A stretch of DNA of 64,000 bases from the human T2T-CHM13v2.0 reference genome, Homo sapiens, in assembly GCF_009914755.1 (NCBI RefSeq), contig NC_060933.1; one strand, written 5' to 3'. Position 1 is the first letter of the stretch; every line of letters begins with the position of its first letter. Positions 23,583 to 39,263 of this stretch are shown one piece after another. The notes beneath the pieces were generated by a model, which saw nothing but the letters and a program-made list of their open reading frames with translations, ran no database searches and was not told the origin of the DNA. The translations under genes were made by a program, and so were the position numbers.

Positions 23583-25347
23583 TATCTTTCAACCCAAGGG
23601 AATGATATGCCCTTTTATCTATTTGGGTGTTCTTAGATTTGTGTTATCATAAAGTTTTTAGCATATCAAGCATGCATATATTTTATAATATTTATTTCAG
23701 TTTCCAAATTGTTCATTTCTAATAATAACATAAATTTTTTATGTTGATCTTGTGTCTTGTGACTGTTAAACTGTTTTATTAGTTTCAGGAAATTTTCTTA
23801 TAAATTCTTTGCAATTTTCTAGGTAGATGATTATAACATCTGAGAATATACATTTATGCTTATTTTTTCAATTTGTAAAAATTTTATTTTAAAATTTACA
23901 TTTGTTATTCTTATTAGTGTTTGGCTTTACTGCACTAGTTAGGACTTTTATGGTATTAAATAAACATGGTATAAATGAACATCTGTCTCTTTGTCCCATC
24001 CTCATGTGAAAACATTCAGTCTTTCACCACTAAGTGTGATGGTAGCTGTCGTGTCTTTACAGATTCCCTTCCTCGAATTTAGAAAGTTTTTCTGAATTCT
24101 TAATTTGCTGAGAATTGCTTTTTGTTTTTAAAATCATGAATAGATGTTGAATATTGTGAAATTATTTTTCTTTTGTCAGTTGATATGATCATGTGTGTTT
24201 TATTCCTTATTCTGTTAATATATGGATTATATTGCTGGTTTTCAACTATTGAACCAGCTTTGCATTTTAGATAATTCCCATTTGATTGAGGCTTATTATT
24301 TTTTATGCTAAGATTTTATTGAGGAATTTTGCCTCCGTGTTCATGAGCAATATTGGTCTGTAATGTTCTTTCCTTTTATTTTTTAAAAAATTATTCTCTT
24401 TGACTGGTTTATATATCAGAGTATGTCTATGTCTCATAAAATGGTCTCATAAAATAAGTTGGGAAATATTCCTTTCTTGTTTATTTTCTGGAAGCAAGTA
24501 TATATAATTAGTATATTTCTTCTTTAAAATTTTATAGAATTTCCCAGTAAAAGCATCTGGGTTTGGGGTATTTTTTTCCCTTTGGATGCATTTAACTAGG
24601 ATTTCGATATCTTTGGTAGATGTAAGACAATTCAGATTATCTATTTCCTCTTTGATGAGCCTTGGTAGTTTGTAGCATTCAAAGAATTGGTTCATTTCAT
24701 CTAAGATGTTAGAGTTATATTATATGAGATTGATTACAATAACATCTTGTTATGTTTTCCATGTCTGTGGGCTTTGTAGTGCTAATACCTCTTTTATTTC
24801 TGATATTAGTAATTTGAACCTTCTCTCTATTTTTTTCTCCTTATAGCTAGAGGATTATTAATGTTATTGATATTTTCCTTAAAAATCTTTTGATTTCATT
24901 GATTCTTCCTTTTATTTTGCTATTTTAAATTTCATCATGTTCTGCTCTTTATCATTTCTTTCCTTCTACTTGATTTTTACTCTTTTTAAAAAAATTCTCA
25001 AAATCATTTCTTACGTAATTTAATCTGGATCTTCCTTCTTTTCTAATATAAACATTTACTGCTCTAAGTTTTTCTTTGAGCACTGATTTAAGTTGCATCC
25101 CTAAAATTTTGATATGTTTTATTTTCAATTTTATTCAGTTAAAATATTTTCTAGTTTTCCTTGTAGTGTCCTCTTTAACTTATGGGTAATTTAGAAGTAT
25201 GTAAATTTCCAAGAATTTTGGTATTCCCAGTTTTATTACTGATTTCTAGTTTAATTTTATTATGCTCAAGAAATATATTTTTAAATATTTTAATTTAAAA
25301 AAATATGTTGAGACATTATGACCCAGGATATTTTGTCTGTGTAGTGA

Positions 25348-25704
<357 letters not shown>

Positions 25705-28700
25705 TAGAGTATTGCTTAAATGTCCATTAGACAGAGTTGGTCACTGGTGTTTTTCAATTCCTCTATATCCTTTTTATTTGTTGTATTGATTTCTGAGAGG
25801 CAAATGATGATACCTCTAGTTAAAGAATTTCCCCCTCCTCCTTTGAATCTTTTCATTTTTGCTTCATGTATTTTGGAGCTCTGTTTTTAGGTATATACAC
25901 ATTTGGGATTTTTTTTTCCTCATCCTTATTTTTCATCATTTGATTCTAATGTTCCTGGTGTGAATTTCTTTGAGTTTATCTTATTTGATGTTTATTGAGT
26001 TTATTGAATCTATAAGTTTATGACTTTAGTCAAATTTGAGAAGTCTTAACACATTATTTTTTAAATTTCCTTGCACCATGTTCATGACTGTTAGACCTAT
26101 TAATATTTTCCCACAAATTCAGAAATCTTTTTTTTTCCTTTTTTTGTTCATAGTGGTTAATTTTTATTGATCTGTCTTCAAGTTCACTGATGTTTTTGTT
26201 GTCATCTCCAGTCTTCTGTTGAGCTGAGTGATATTTACTTTTGGTTATCTGATGTTTCAGTTCTAAATGTTTTTTGGTTCTGTACTATATTATTTTGTTT
26301 CTATGATGGGATTTCTATCTTTCCATTCATTCCCACAGTGATTATCCTTTGTACTGGAACATCTTTATAATAGCTGCTTTGCAATTATTGTCTATACTAC
26401 CAACATCTGTGTCTTCTCAGTGTTGGTATGTGCTGATTTTCTTTTCCTTTGAGAGACATTGAAATTTTTTTATTCTTTGTATATTGAATAATTTTCTACT
26501 ATGTTCTGTACACTTTGAATTTTGTCATGTGAATCTAGGTCTTATTTAAATTATATGGAGAATACATATTTTTTTTGTTTTGTTTTTACTTTAGCATGCA
26601 GTTGACCTGGTTAAGTTCAGGTTGCACATTCTTACCCTTCTTTTGTAAACTGTGGGTACAATGTCGCTTTAGTTTTCCAAAATCTTTTCAGTGGTATTTG
26701 GATCTATCCCAAATATGTAGTATTTGGTGGCTAGTCTTGGATTTTGGAAGTGCTTTATCTTATAGTTAAGTTTCCAGAAACCTTTGGTGTGCTACTCAGG
26801 TTCAGATCCACCCTTTCACAGCTCAAGGCTGGGCCCAGGAATCGATATATAAATTTAAAGTGTTAATTTCTTGAGGTTCTAGTCTGCCCAAAATCACTAA
26901 AATCTTCTGATTATCAGATACTCCTTTTCCTGGACTCCTAGCTGAAAAGTCAGGGCCTTAGTTTACCTACTTTGTCACATAATTCTTGAGTCTGAGTCTT
27001 TACCTAGGGCTATGAGGACAAAATATAGGGAAAAAAATGGGGAATTTTTTTTTACATGCTCTTGGGACTATAGTTCAACTGGTCTAAGAGATGGATTTCC
27101 TGTCTTTGTAGTTTTTTTTGTGTCTACCCAGAAACCATTATTATTACTGCCACCACTAACTCAGGGCAGGGAGAGAAAGAAAGAAGCAAACACAAAAATC
27201 CAGGTTTCTTCCACTTTTTTTGACTCTTCAATTTTTTTTTCACGTCTTAGGACAATAAATATAGGGCTTCTCCTGGAACTTTTTGTTTTCACCTGGTGGG
27301 TATTTCCAGCTTTTGTGTTGCCTTTACGTTCAGGTTGGGAGATAATAGAGGAAAACAAAACAAAACAAATCCTTCTCTTCTAGTTTAGTGGTCCTTTGAA
27401 TTCTGGTTTTCTTTCCCAATCTACTTGGTACCATTTACTTTTCAGAATCATAACCTAAGTGTTCTGTGAATGGTCTCCTTGGTTTTAGTTGCATTTGAAG
27501 TCAGTGAAATGGTGAAGAGTACTTACAATAATTAAAAATACATTAAGTAATTATATAAAGAAATGAAAACCATTATCGGGAGATATTAGTCTCTTTATAA
27601 ATATGTTAAATCTGGCATTTGTCGGTAACTAAGGTTAAAAGGATTGATGGAAGGGTTAAAGAACACTGAAGAACTTGACAGTCATTATGCAATAGGTGTA
27701 GCTTGTATGCCAGTTTGAGCTTTCGTTTTTGGTGGGAAGGAACACTGTAGGGAAAACTGGAATTTTCGTGTGGGCAAGAACTTGTGAAATCAGGTTTTCT
27801 TTTATTGAATAATTCCATCTGTATTCATCGTCTGGGGAAATCTATGTAAAAGTTGGTCAAAGAAAGGACATTTCTAATGTAATTTTGGAGACAGTCTTAT
27901 TCTATTAATATTAATAAATTATAGAGAGATGATAAAAGTAGACTTAAAATTTAGAAATTAATACAGAATTTGGGCTGCTGAATAAATGATTTATAATGCT
28001 AGAGAATGTTGTATGAGAAGGTAGAGTAAGAAATAGCAAATTGTTTTAATTCAAATTAGCAAAAGTATTAAAGATATTTGGTTCATTATGTACCAAGAGA
28101 GTTGATATATATGTTAAAAAAGAAATAACACACAATAAATAATCTACGACTTCATTAGTTTTGGCCATTATTTTTTAATCTTAGGCACAAGAGAGTATTC
28201 ACAATCATGTTGGAAGGCTGAGACTAAGCACAACAAAGAGATTTTTTTCTCTTTAATATTACCAAAATTAGAATGTAATCTATCAGTTATTAATTGTAGA
28301 CAAAGTGAATTCTGTTTTGAATAATAATTATGTTTCCATTCCTGGTACTTTAGTATTATTCCTAGGAGTTTATTTCTTACTTTTTTTAGACTTTTAAATT
28401 TGGACTTTCTTTTTCTGTGTTTTATTTAACTTTTATTCATGTCTACTGATCTGATTTAAGGCCATATGGTTTTAAACAGTCTTCCACTTTCCAAATAGTT
28501 ATTTCTTCAATTTCTATTTCTTGTGTTTTTTCAATCCTGTTCTTACTGGAATCAACCTTATATTACTTTCTCTTTTTCTTCCTTTGTCTTTTCTGATAAA
28601 CTATCTTCTGTTTCTTCAGGATAAAATAAATTTTGGGATCATAACAACTGTCACAAATTTACCTCTGAATAAATAATGTAATAACACTTTAAGACTCTCA

Positions 28701-29384
28701 GATTCATCAAATGCTTAATGCAAAATCATCTAGCAACTGAATGAAATTCCTCACTCTCATTGCATATGTTTTTACCCATTAGTTATTGGGTTTGATCATG
28801 TTTTTCTTACATCTATGCATTATATTCATACATCAGTAAAAACCAAGATGGAAACTTGAATCATCATTAGATAGAGAAGTGGAATGGCATAATAATAAAA
28901 ACAAAACAGGAATAAATTGAACTGGATGTCCCAATGCTTGCTTCCATCAGAATCAATAACCATTTGTTAGAATTAATTTCTTTCTAATTGTTTGTGCTAA
29001 CATATTAGTTTAGCATTGTTTTGGTCTTCCACACACAGATTAGAAATGACCAACCATCACAATTTCAATAAACTTCAATTTCAGTGTTCTCTACTGAGGG
29101 GAATTGAAAAATGATCTAGAATGAGTCACCATTCAATTGGAGACAGATGTGGATATTTTAGTGTGGCTCTGATATTTCATTTAATGCAAAAATAATGGTA
29201 ACACTGAATATACACACACATACAATGCTACCTTTCTTTTTTTCAGGTTGCCAACTTAATTTTAGAGCCTTGTAGTAAATATTTAAAGTTGAACTATGAC
29301 CCAACACAGCTAGTTATAAGTACAGGTACATTGATTTTCTCCAAACCAAAAAGTACGTAGAGCTTAGGAACCCTTACTAAGGCT

Positions 29385-29550
29385 AAGTCTGCCTTGGTTT
29401 TAATTCCAACTCTGCCATCAATTACTCTAGTGTGTGACTTCAGTCAAGTAAATTGCTTAATCTTCCTTGGCCTTATTTTTTACATATTCAGAATAAATTT
29501 GCATTGGATAATTTCTAAGGTTCTTTACATTTCCAACATTCTATGGTTCT
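29385..29550 (+). mobile_element. MIR/MIR3
   Basis: 'tgtgtgacttcagtcaagt', terminal 'tttctaaggttctttac...aacattctatggttct'. Confidence 0.7.
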
Positions 29551-30189
29551 GTAAAACATATTATCAAATGAGAAAATGTTATGAAATCTCTTTTTTGTTG
29601 AGAAAAGTGTTTACTTCAGTTTTCATTTTATACTTCAGTTTAATTTAACTATTTACATTGATAAAGTTATTTTACACTCAGAAAAATATGTCTATCGGCC
29701 AACAGCCGGGACACAGTGATCCTGGGGCTAAACACAATGAAGGCATGGCAACAACACTGTTTTTTAAAATGAATTTGAGGTGGATAAAGTTTAGAAAACT
29801 ATTTCAATATTCCAGGTGAAAGTAATACAAAGCCTGTAGTGAAGTAGCTATTGGCACTAGTGGAAAGGAATGGATGTGAAAAATTGTGAAGACCCATTAA
29901 GTTTCTTATTTTTTTTAAGTCACGAATATGTATACTTTAAATAAATTTGATATTTAAGAAGAAATACATTCCCTATTTTAAATCAGTAATATATCTTATG
30001 ACATGTTGAACACAATCAGTATGCCATGTAAACCCTGCAGCACTTTACTCTAAAGTCAAACTTAAGTGTTTCACAGTTTGACAGAATACATATACTCTGG
30101 CAGTAAAACATGTAACAGTATTTTAAAAGAATATTTCCCATTGATTTATGTATCACTTTTAAATACTTCCTTTTTATTTAATCTTTTTA

Positions 30190-30290
30190 ACAACCATCTA
30201 GTACATATTTTACACAAATGAGGAAACTAAGATTAAAGGAACTTAAGTAGCATTGCAAAGTTGTTAAGTAGTAGAGCTATGACTCAAACT
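30190..30290 (-). mobile_element. MIR
   Basis: 'attttacacaaatgaggaaactaag'. Confidence 0.7.
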
Positions 30291-30707
30291 GATAAGAATT
30301 TTATTCTATACTACATGTTTTTCCAATTCTCCATGCTCTCAACAATTCTGAGGAACATCCATTGTAATTGCATTCCTAAAATTAATGCCCATGAATATGA
30401 AACATGAAAATATATCCTGCCCCATATTTCCAAATGGACAGTTTCTACCAGAATTTTGAAGCAACTTAAACTATGAATGCCTATGCAAAAGAATTTAACC
30501 AGCTCTGAAGGTATAAAGGCTGTGGAGGATACAGGGAACACTTAAGATATCAGGAAGAGGTAATAAAAACTGAATATGAACAGATATAGGATATAAGCAT
30601 CTTCAGTGAAGGAGTAGTCATTTATATAACATAATTGCTGTTTTTTTGTGTGTCATTGAAGACAGCACTTGTATCTAGTTTATTTGACTTGTTTTTCAGT
30701 TTAATAC

Positions 30708-31241
30708 TATGATGGGCAGAATAATGGCTGCACAAAGATGTCCACATCCTAATCCCCAGAACCTATGAATATATTACCCTATAAGGGAAAAGGTACTTTG
30801 TAGATGTAACTAAGGTTTAGTAACTTGAGATAAGGATATTATGCTGGGTTAGCTGGGTGGGCCCACTCTAATCACATGAACCCTCAGAAGCAGAGAATAT
30901 ATCCTAGCTCTGGTTAGAGTGAAATGTGACTACCTCTGAATTCAGAGAAATACAATGTGAGAGGAGAATTCAAGCCACTATCATAAGCTTTAAAGAGAGA
31001 GGAAAGGGACCATGAACCAAGGAAGGTGTGTGATATTTAAAATCTAGAAAAAGCAAGAAAATTGAATGTCCTCTAGAATCTGCAGGAAAAAAAAAATGCA
31101 GCCTTGCCAATACTTTGATCTCAATCCAGTGAGACCTGTATCTGACTTCAGATATCTAGAATAGTAAGATAATGAATTTGTATTGGTTAAAGCTGCTAAA
31201 CTTTTGGCAATTTGTTATAGCAGCAATTGAATACTAATATA
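30708..31241 (+). mobile_element. MLT1D-like solo LTR (ERVL-MaLR)
   Basis: Start 'ggcagaataatggctgcacaaagatgtccacatcctaatccccagaacc', end 'ggcaatttgttatagcagcaattgaatactaata'. Confidence 0.88.
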
Positions 31242-32489
31242 TGTATTCCACATGTATTTAGCCTCCTAAAGTCATTTTTAGCAAATATTTTTGTCAAATA
31301 AAGAGACAGGTGGCATGGTGTGTTAGAAATAGTTTTTGCCTCCTCCAATTTAGTAAACCTAGGACTTAGAAAACTGACATGGTTTGAAAGCTGAACTTGG
31401 AAACAGTAATATAATATTCTCACCATTTAATTTTACTGAGGACAATTTATCTTCATCTCCATAATAAATGATCATTTGTAATGCACCATGATGGCTGATT
31501 CTAATTCTTCCTTTTCTACTTCCCATGGGTGTTTATCTTTGTTACACTTCAACGACAGAGTTCCCTTACCACCACCCTCTGCATCTCAGCATATTTTTTC
31601 CCCTTGCAATGAGAGTATGACCAATGACCCTTCATTTTAGCTAATCATGAAGAAACAGACTGAACCAGAGACAGAATGAGTAATCCAGGCTCGTTGTCCT
31701 TATATTTTCTAAAATAAATTCTACTGTATTTATTCTAATGTGTAATATACATTAGCTCAAAGAAAAACATTCTCTAACATATAGGGATTATCAATCATTT
31801 TAATGCAACTTATAGTTTGAAGAATATGAGCAAATTTTAAGGGGGAAAATTGAGGGAATAAAGCAGATTAAGGGGAAGACAATGCACATTTATCAGAATG
31901 ATTTGTAATCAGAAGTATTAGTCTATCAGTCAAAACCATTCAATAAGTGTTAGACCAAACATAAGATATGGGAATAAGGTAACCATGATAGTAATTTATT
32001 ATGAAAATTGGAACATTTTGAGAGATAAATTGGGCACCGTTAATAATAGTTTTGCTAGCATAGAAGGCAAATAAGGCTATAGTTACATTAGTAATGTTAA
32101 ATTCCCACCTTATAAATAAGTATTATATAGTAATTTACTTATTTATAAAAGTCAGACATCTATGTCAAACAGCAATAGTTTAAATTTATTTGACAAAAAC
32201 AAACAAGCAAAAAACACTTGCCACATACCTCCAAACTGATTTCAATGCATCACTACTGAGGATGAGGATTGAGGCTTCTGAAGATTGGTTTAGGAGTCAG
32301 GAGGCTTGAGTTCTACCTCCCTGCTTTGTTATCTTTGGCTGCAGAGGTCCACATTAAATTTTCTTCATATATAAAAAGAGAGATTTGTTCATATTTAAGT
32401 TCTATTTGAGTATTGATATGTTTCTGTAGAAATCAATATCAGGAGATCTCATGTGATTCTTATACTTATTGCCTGGGCTCTGGTTTTCT

Positions 32490-33172
32490 ATAAGGGTGGT
32501 TCCCCTCCCTTGAGATATCTGGATATCTATTAGGGTGATATTCATTGTTCTGATAATTGGAGGTGGCATTACTGGCAGTGGGTGACACTAGGAATGCCCA
32601 ATGGCTTTAATGCTTGAGTCATAAACAACAAATTGTGTTCCTTTTCTTCAGAACTCTAAATGTTTCACAGGACATCAATGTACATGAAATATCTGTTTAT
32701 AATTTTTGAACTAAGAAATAAACTCCATTTTATTTTATAAATGCAAAATAATTTCACACAGTTCAAACATAAGTGAATTTTCCAGGAATGCTACTATTGT
32801 GAAAATTGTATTGAAAATACACTTTATTTCATTTTTACCTGGGGCTATTCATCATTTTCCAAATGCACATCACTCTCCACAATGCTGCTCATGATATGAC
32901 AACACACCTGAGTCAGCCTGCACCTGTAGCCATTTATTTACACTGATTCTGCACATATGTGCAGGCATCCTTCCAATCTGGTGTAGTTTTGCCCAAACAT
33001 TGATACTGAAAAACAACATATTTTAAAATATATTACTTTGTTATACTTATATTGCTCTTTACAGTTATGTGTGTAGGTAGGTTGCATTATCCATGAATTT
33101 CATTTTAACAGAGTAGAGATAAGATGTATCTTATATAAAAGGGTATTGAGTTGGATAGGATAGACAACCACA
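32490..33172. mobile_element. hAT-Charlie DNA transposon fossil (MER20B-like)
   Basis: 'ggaggtggcattactggcagtggg...ggaatgc' near one end and 'gataggatagacaaccac' at the other. Degenerate TIRs (gtggtt/aaccac). Confidence 0.55.
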
Positions 33173-33234
33173 GCCTTGGGGTACAGAAAAAGCTCATATC
33201 ATTTCAATAGTGAGAAGAACTTTTGGATTCAGCC

Positions 33235-33345
33235 TACCATAGTGGATAGAGCACTGGTCTAAGGCTTGAAAGCTTGAGTTTTAATTTCAGTTCTGCCATG
33301 AGTCAAATTACTTGTGCAAATTGTAGTTTCCTCATAGGTAAGTTT
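33235..33345 (+). mobile_element. MIR
   Basis: 'atagtggatagagcactgg...gagttttaatttcagttctgcca'. Confidence 0.65.
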
Positions 33346-34214
33346 AAAAAGCCAGCCAAGTTACAGTGCAGGCCATATAATTTTTCTGTTCTCTTATGTC
33401 AAAATAAGTGGCTAGAAAATACAGGGAAATGGAACGTGAATTCGCATATGGAGAAATTCTCAAATAATTAGAGCTGTGCCAAAATGGAACTGGTGTACAC
33501 TGAAAGTATTTAAGCTGTGTCTGGTTAATTATTTGCTGTGGCTGGTGTGTTGGGAGGATACTGGATTCTATAAAAGGCGCTCAACTTGAGGTCATCAGTG
33601 GAGTATAAATCAAGAATGAGGTGGTATATAGATGTTTCTGTGGTTTCATGTTGTCTCTGGTATCCATTCCAGATTAAAAACAAAGGGATGATCTCTCATA
33701 TTTTCTCCAGTTAAAAAGCTATTATCTACCACTGTATAGAGAGTTAGCTATAAACTTAGAGATACTGTTTTACAGACTTACTGGAAATAAATAACTCACA
33801 AAGTAGTATTTAACTCATATATCTCATGTAATTGTCAGGCCTAGTGTTTATCCCCAGGTATTCTCTAATTGTCTCAGAAAGTGTCCTGATATTTAAATTT
33901 ATTTTAAAATTGTATGCCATAGTATTCTTTAAGAAGAAATTCTATATATGGAAACTCAGTAGATACAGGATAATTTTCTATTCTGAATTAAAAATCAGGA
34001 CTCACTGATATGAACAAGAATTCAAAAGAGATGCTATTGCTTATGGAGTTCATTCTTCAGCCTTGCTCTTCAATTTTACCACTTTTTCTCTAAGATGGTC
34101 ATTCTGGTAATTGTAGCCACTCCTGATCAGCTCAGCTCCCAATGCTGCCCACTCTCTATAGTTCCATGACACTGAGTCTCCAGGGCTATTGACTACTCTT
34201 TATTAAGCATGTCC

Positions 34215-34372
34215 ACATATATATATATATACACACACATATGTATGTATATATACACATACATATGTATATATATATACACACACACACATATATGTAC
34301 ATACACCTATATACATATATATGAGTGTGTGTATATATATGTATGTGTATATATACACAGACACACACACAC
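34215..34372. repeat. Compound (TA)/(CA)/(TG) microsatellite
   Basis: Directly visible alternating purine-pyrimidine tract of about 158 bp. Confidence 0.95.
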
Positions 34373-35990
34373 ATTTTAAAAGAACTACAGCTGCTCAAGG
34401 ATTTCTAGTGTGTGGGTGACAGCAAGGTTACATTAACCATATTACTTGAATCTTATTTGTTATTAGCCCCTGTTTGTGTGATAATAGGAGTTCAGTCCCC
34501 ATTTCAGAGTGTTGTGTTCTTTTAAGCGATTTGGGGAATCCCTAGGGCATGACACACATTCTGCCAAGTGAGTGTGAGCCACTGCTCACCCCTGACCTGC
34601 TTCTCCCTCAACCTCTAATCCCTGTTGCTCAGTTTGGCTCATTGCACCTGATAGTTCCCTCACACAGGGAAAATGATTGGGGGTTGGATGGAGGAGGAAT
34701 TCTTCAATCTCCCCTGGCAATTTAGTTTCTTTGGGTGTCCATCCCTTCTGTCAGACATTGCTGTGATATCGCGGTCCAGCTATGGATGTGACTGCATTAT
34801 TTATCCAGGAGATTCCTCAGCCTTCCTGTAAGTCGTGTTGTAAATGTGGCTTGAGCAGTGCTGCTTAGCATCACTCAGCAGATACATCCACGTCTCAGAT
34901 CTTCCCTGAGCCAAGACCACACTTGCACCCTTCCCCTGGTCCTACCATATGACTTACCATGGTGAAGCACGGGAAAAATGAGCTAAGGGTTAAACCAATT
35001 TAATTTTAGACCAGACTTTGTGGCTAATTGTGTAACCTTAAATAAATATTTTTATCCATGTGAACTTAGTCTCTTCATCTACAAACTATCAGAGGTGTGG
35101 GGTAGATTATCTGTAAGTATCTTTCTACATGTAAGAGAGCATCATTTTAGGAATAAACTTATTAACAAGCAGGAAATTTATTCCTCTTTCTCATTGTCCT
35201 CACCCCAAACTAGTAGGGAGTTTTGTATATTTTAGGATCTTTCATGGTAGGGTGGCCAAAGCTCTTAACTGTGAGTCCGAAGGCTTCAGTTTGGGTTCCA
35301 GTCCTTCTCACACTGAGTTTTCTAACTTCAAATAAATCACTCACTTGCTTAATTTGCTTATATATAAGAGAATGCTCTTGAAGATGCTTTACAACTCTAC
35401 TATTTAAATGCCAAGATGAGAAGATATCTCTTAGATATTTTTTCTTTTGTTTAGCCTCTTACCTTGTCAAAGAATGTCTCCAAAGGAGATTTGCTCAGGT
35501 GTCAAATCTCCACTATTTATTGTCAGCATGAAATCTTCCACTGAGTGGGAGAAGATAAATTTTGAATTCTGAGTGTGAATTATGCTTGCTTAGCAAGGCC
35601 TTACTTATCTTTTTTTGGTTGTTTTCCTCATGTCTCTCTATGATCCACTAGGGGGTTTGCATTAAGCTTATGATGCCCAGCATGATTGATTGTATTTCCA
35701 GTGGCTGGACACTTTGCTGGGGGCTGTGGTTATGTCTTAGAAAATCACACTAATCGAATTTGAAGACACTGATGTGCATTCTCAAGTAAGAGTCTGGCTC
35801 TTGGGGATTTCATCTAGGTCAGGCTTTATAAATTAAGTGATGGATTTTTTTTCCTTAAGTCAGTAAATAAAATTCATCAGTGGCCTTACATTGCCTTCAC
35901 ACTTCTGCAGTTCAGCCAACCTATGAGTCAAGTAGCATTTTAACCACTTTAAAGCTAATATTTTGTGGTAGTTGGCAATCTATTTATTAA

Positions 35991-36333
<343 letters not shown>

Positions 36334-39014
36334 TGAGAACAACTTCTGAGATCACTGAAAAGCTAGAGAAAAATGATCATTAAATGTATTTCTCAGAAAT
36401 TGTTGAAGACCATATGTTTACTATCATTCCTTTCTGTATAGGAAACAATGCAGAATTTTTCGAAGGTCTCAGATCAAAGGCAGTTTCAAAATAGCAAAAC
36501 AATTGTACCGTTTTTATTTTACTTCATTTATTTATTCATCTACTTATTTTAAAATGTTTACTAAACACTTATTCTGAGCCAGAAAGCATGCAGGGAATGG
36601 AAGCAGGCACACCTTTAAAATCTCAGGGTCTTTTTTTTTTCTCCTTAAGGCAATAAGGATTTGAGAAAACAAAGCAACAGATATTGAGAATCAATCTGTA
36701 AGAAGGATAATAATATTAGGGTAAAAACTTGATATCTTTATGTATGTTTGCTACACAGTATTACTGGGAAGATTGTAAGAACTATGATAATTAAAATGCA
36801 TGGTGCCTGGTTTATAACAGATGCTTATATATGTTAGTCTCTTTTCACTAGTGGGAAATGACACTAAAAAATGTACAGTCCTTTCAGATTAGAGTATTTT
36901 TAATGCTATCGGATAGTGTCTGTATTATTAATTGCTGTATCCTAGAACAGGGCTTAATTTGTTTGTAATGAGTGACAATGAATACGTAAACAAGGGAGGG
37001 TCATTGAAGGTATTTTTAAAATCTGCTGAAGATGCTGTAGACAGAGATCTTCCATTAGAAGTGTTATTGCTCTAGGTGATCTTTACGGAAAAAAAAAATG
37101 TAAAGCTAGAGAATAGGGACAGACACCACCAAAATGTGAAGCATGATTTATCAAGGAATACAAAAGCAAAACTCAGCAGGACCCCTACGCTTCCATTATC
37201 CTATGAAGAAATGTGTTTAGCTGGAGCACAAATAGATACCAAGTGGAAAGTGCCACAGAAGACAGACCCTATTACATCCTGAGTTATGCTCCTATGGAGA
37301 ATCTAGGGGAGGACCGAAGAGAATCTGGCCTGTACTGTAATAAAAGGAGCTTTCTGCTCAGAAAAAAAAGCTAGCTTTGAGCTTTGAGAACTCACACAAC
37401 AGTTGCCTAGGTTAGATTTTACAGAGCTAGAGTGCTTCTAGAGTACATAGGGGAGAGGGAAAGCCACAGGGTTATCCAGCAAATAGAGGGATTGTCTCCT
37501 CAATATCATTCTTTCTTCTTTGAAACTGTTATGGACTTCTTGATGCTGCTGGGACTCGGAATTCGGTATTAAAAAGTAGCCTTAGTTTTGTTTCTCCTTA
37601 GTCACTTTGTTAACGAGTGTGTAAAAAACATTAACTACTGTGAGAAACTGCTATTTATAGGAAATTTCTTGATGTAATCTGAGTTTTAACAAAAGAAATA
37701 GGAAGGAGTTCTTAGGAAGTCGCTTTGTGAGGAAGGAGAAGGCAAAACGGGTGTTGAGAAGAAATCTACAGGAAAGATGACTGTGTTAAAGGTTCATATT
37801 TTTTAAAAAAGTTGATGTCCATGTTAAGATAGAAATTCAGAACAGACAGATGTTGGATGGATGAACAGACATTAAGGATGGATTTACCTAGGTCTGGAGT
37901 ACTTACACATGTGAGGGATATATAGATAGTAGTAATCTGGAGGAGAGAGGATTAGGCCTATACATACACTTTCTGATTCTGCCTCTTAGGTTTACCTTTC
38001 TTAAATGAGACTATTCTGTCATTAGCTGCTGCACTAATTTTGGGAAAAATATATAAAACGTGGATTGGATACTAATGGATTCCCGCTGCAGGTAGAATTT
38101 GTCTTAAATTTTGGGAGCTACGCTGCCAGTGGAAACCCAAGGAAATTAGTGATATTTCCACATTTTGACATAATAGATTCAGGATAATCTTGGACATAAT
38201 TTGTTTTTCTTGGCTAGCTAAAGCTAAGAAAAACCCAAATTTCTACTGTCAGACACATTTTCTCTTAATTATAAGTGCTTTTATGGAAAGTTAATTTGTG
38301 TGGGTATAATTTATTTACATATATTTACATTTGACTCATTAAAATGTTCTTTCCAAGAGTTGTTTGCAACTGTTTGAGCATTTTAAGTCTTGTTGAAAAA
38401 TGAAAATATGTCTTTTGCCAATTGAGAGTAAATTTAGAAGCCCCAAAGTGTAGGTTGTAGCTGACTACCTTCTACTATGGAAAAATATTTTATGCTGACT
38501 AGTACACAGCCGCCACATAAAAACAGCATTCCAAAGGAAACAATCAATCCCTTCTCTCATAGCTGCACCCACATCAAACTTTAAGGAAATTGGTAGATTC
38601 AAGGTGTAAATACCGACATCACACAACAACTTGTAAAACAAACAAGCAAACAAAAAAAGCAAAATGCGCATTGCATTTTATTTATGTTTGTGAAGGTTCA
38701 GTCACTCAAGAAGCATTTATCAAATACCTACTTTGTACAAGACATAGTAGTTGCTCTAAAGCAACCAACATTTTATAAACCATTATCTTTGCTCTCAACT
38801 TATTATCAACTAAAAACCTATTAGACTCTGATACAAATCTATCCCCCCTAACACTCCTGTGTTATTTTTATAATTCCTGTCATGAGCTGATAGTAGTTGA
38901 CAATTGTTCCACCACTACTTATCACTAGGCACACAACTAAATGATATTATATGCATCTATATGGTTTTATACGTATAATTTTATTCAAAGTTACATGGCC
39001 ATTATTTGTAATAG

Positions 39015-39263
<249 letters not shown>

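Noticed and set aside
28560-29300. Polypyrimidine-AG acceptor-like sites near 28619 and 29246
   Set aside because: No convincing paired donor or open frame; such tracts are common in T-rich DNA.
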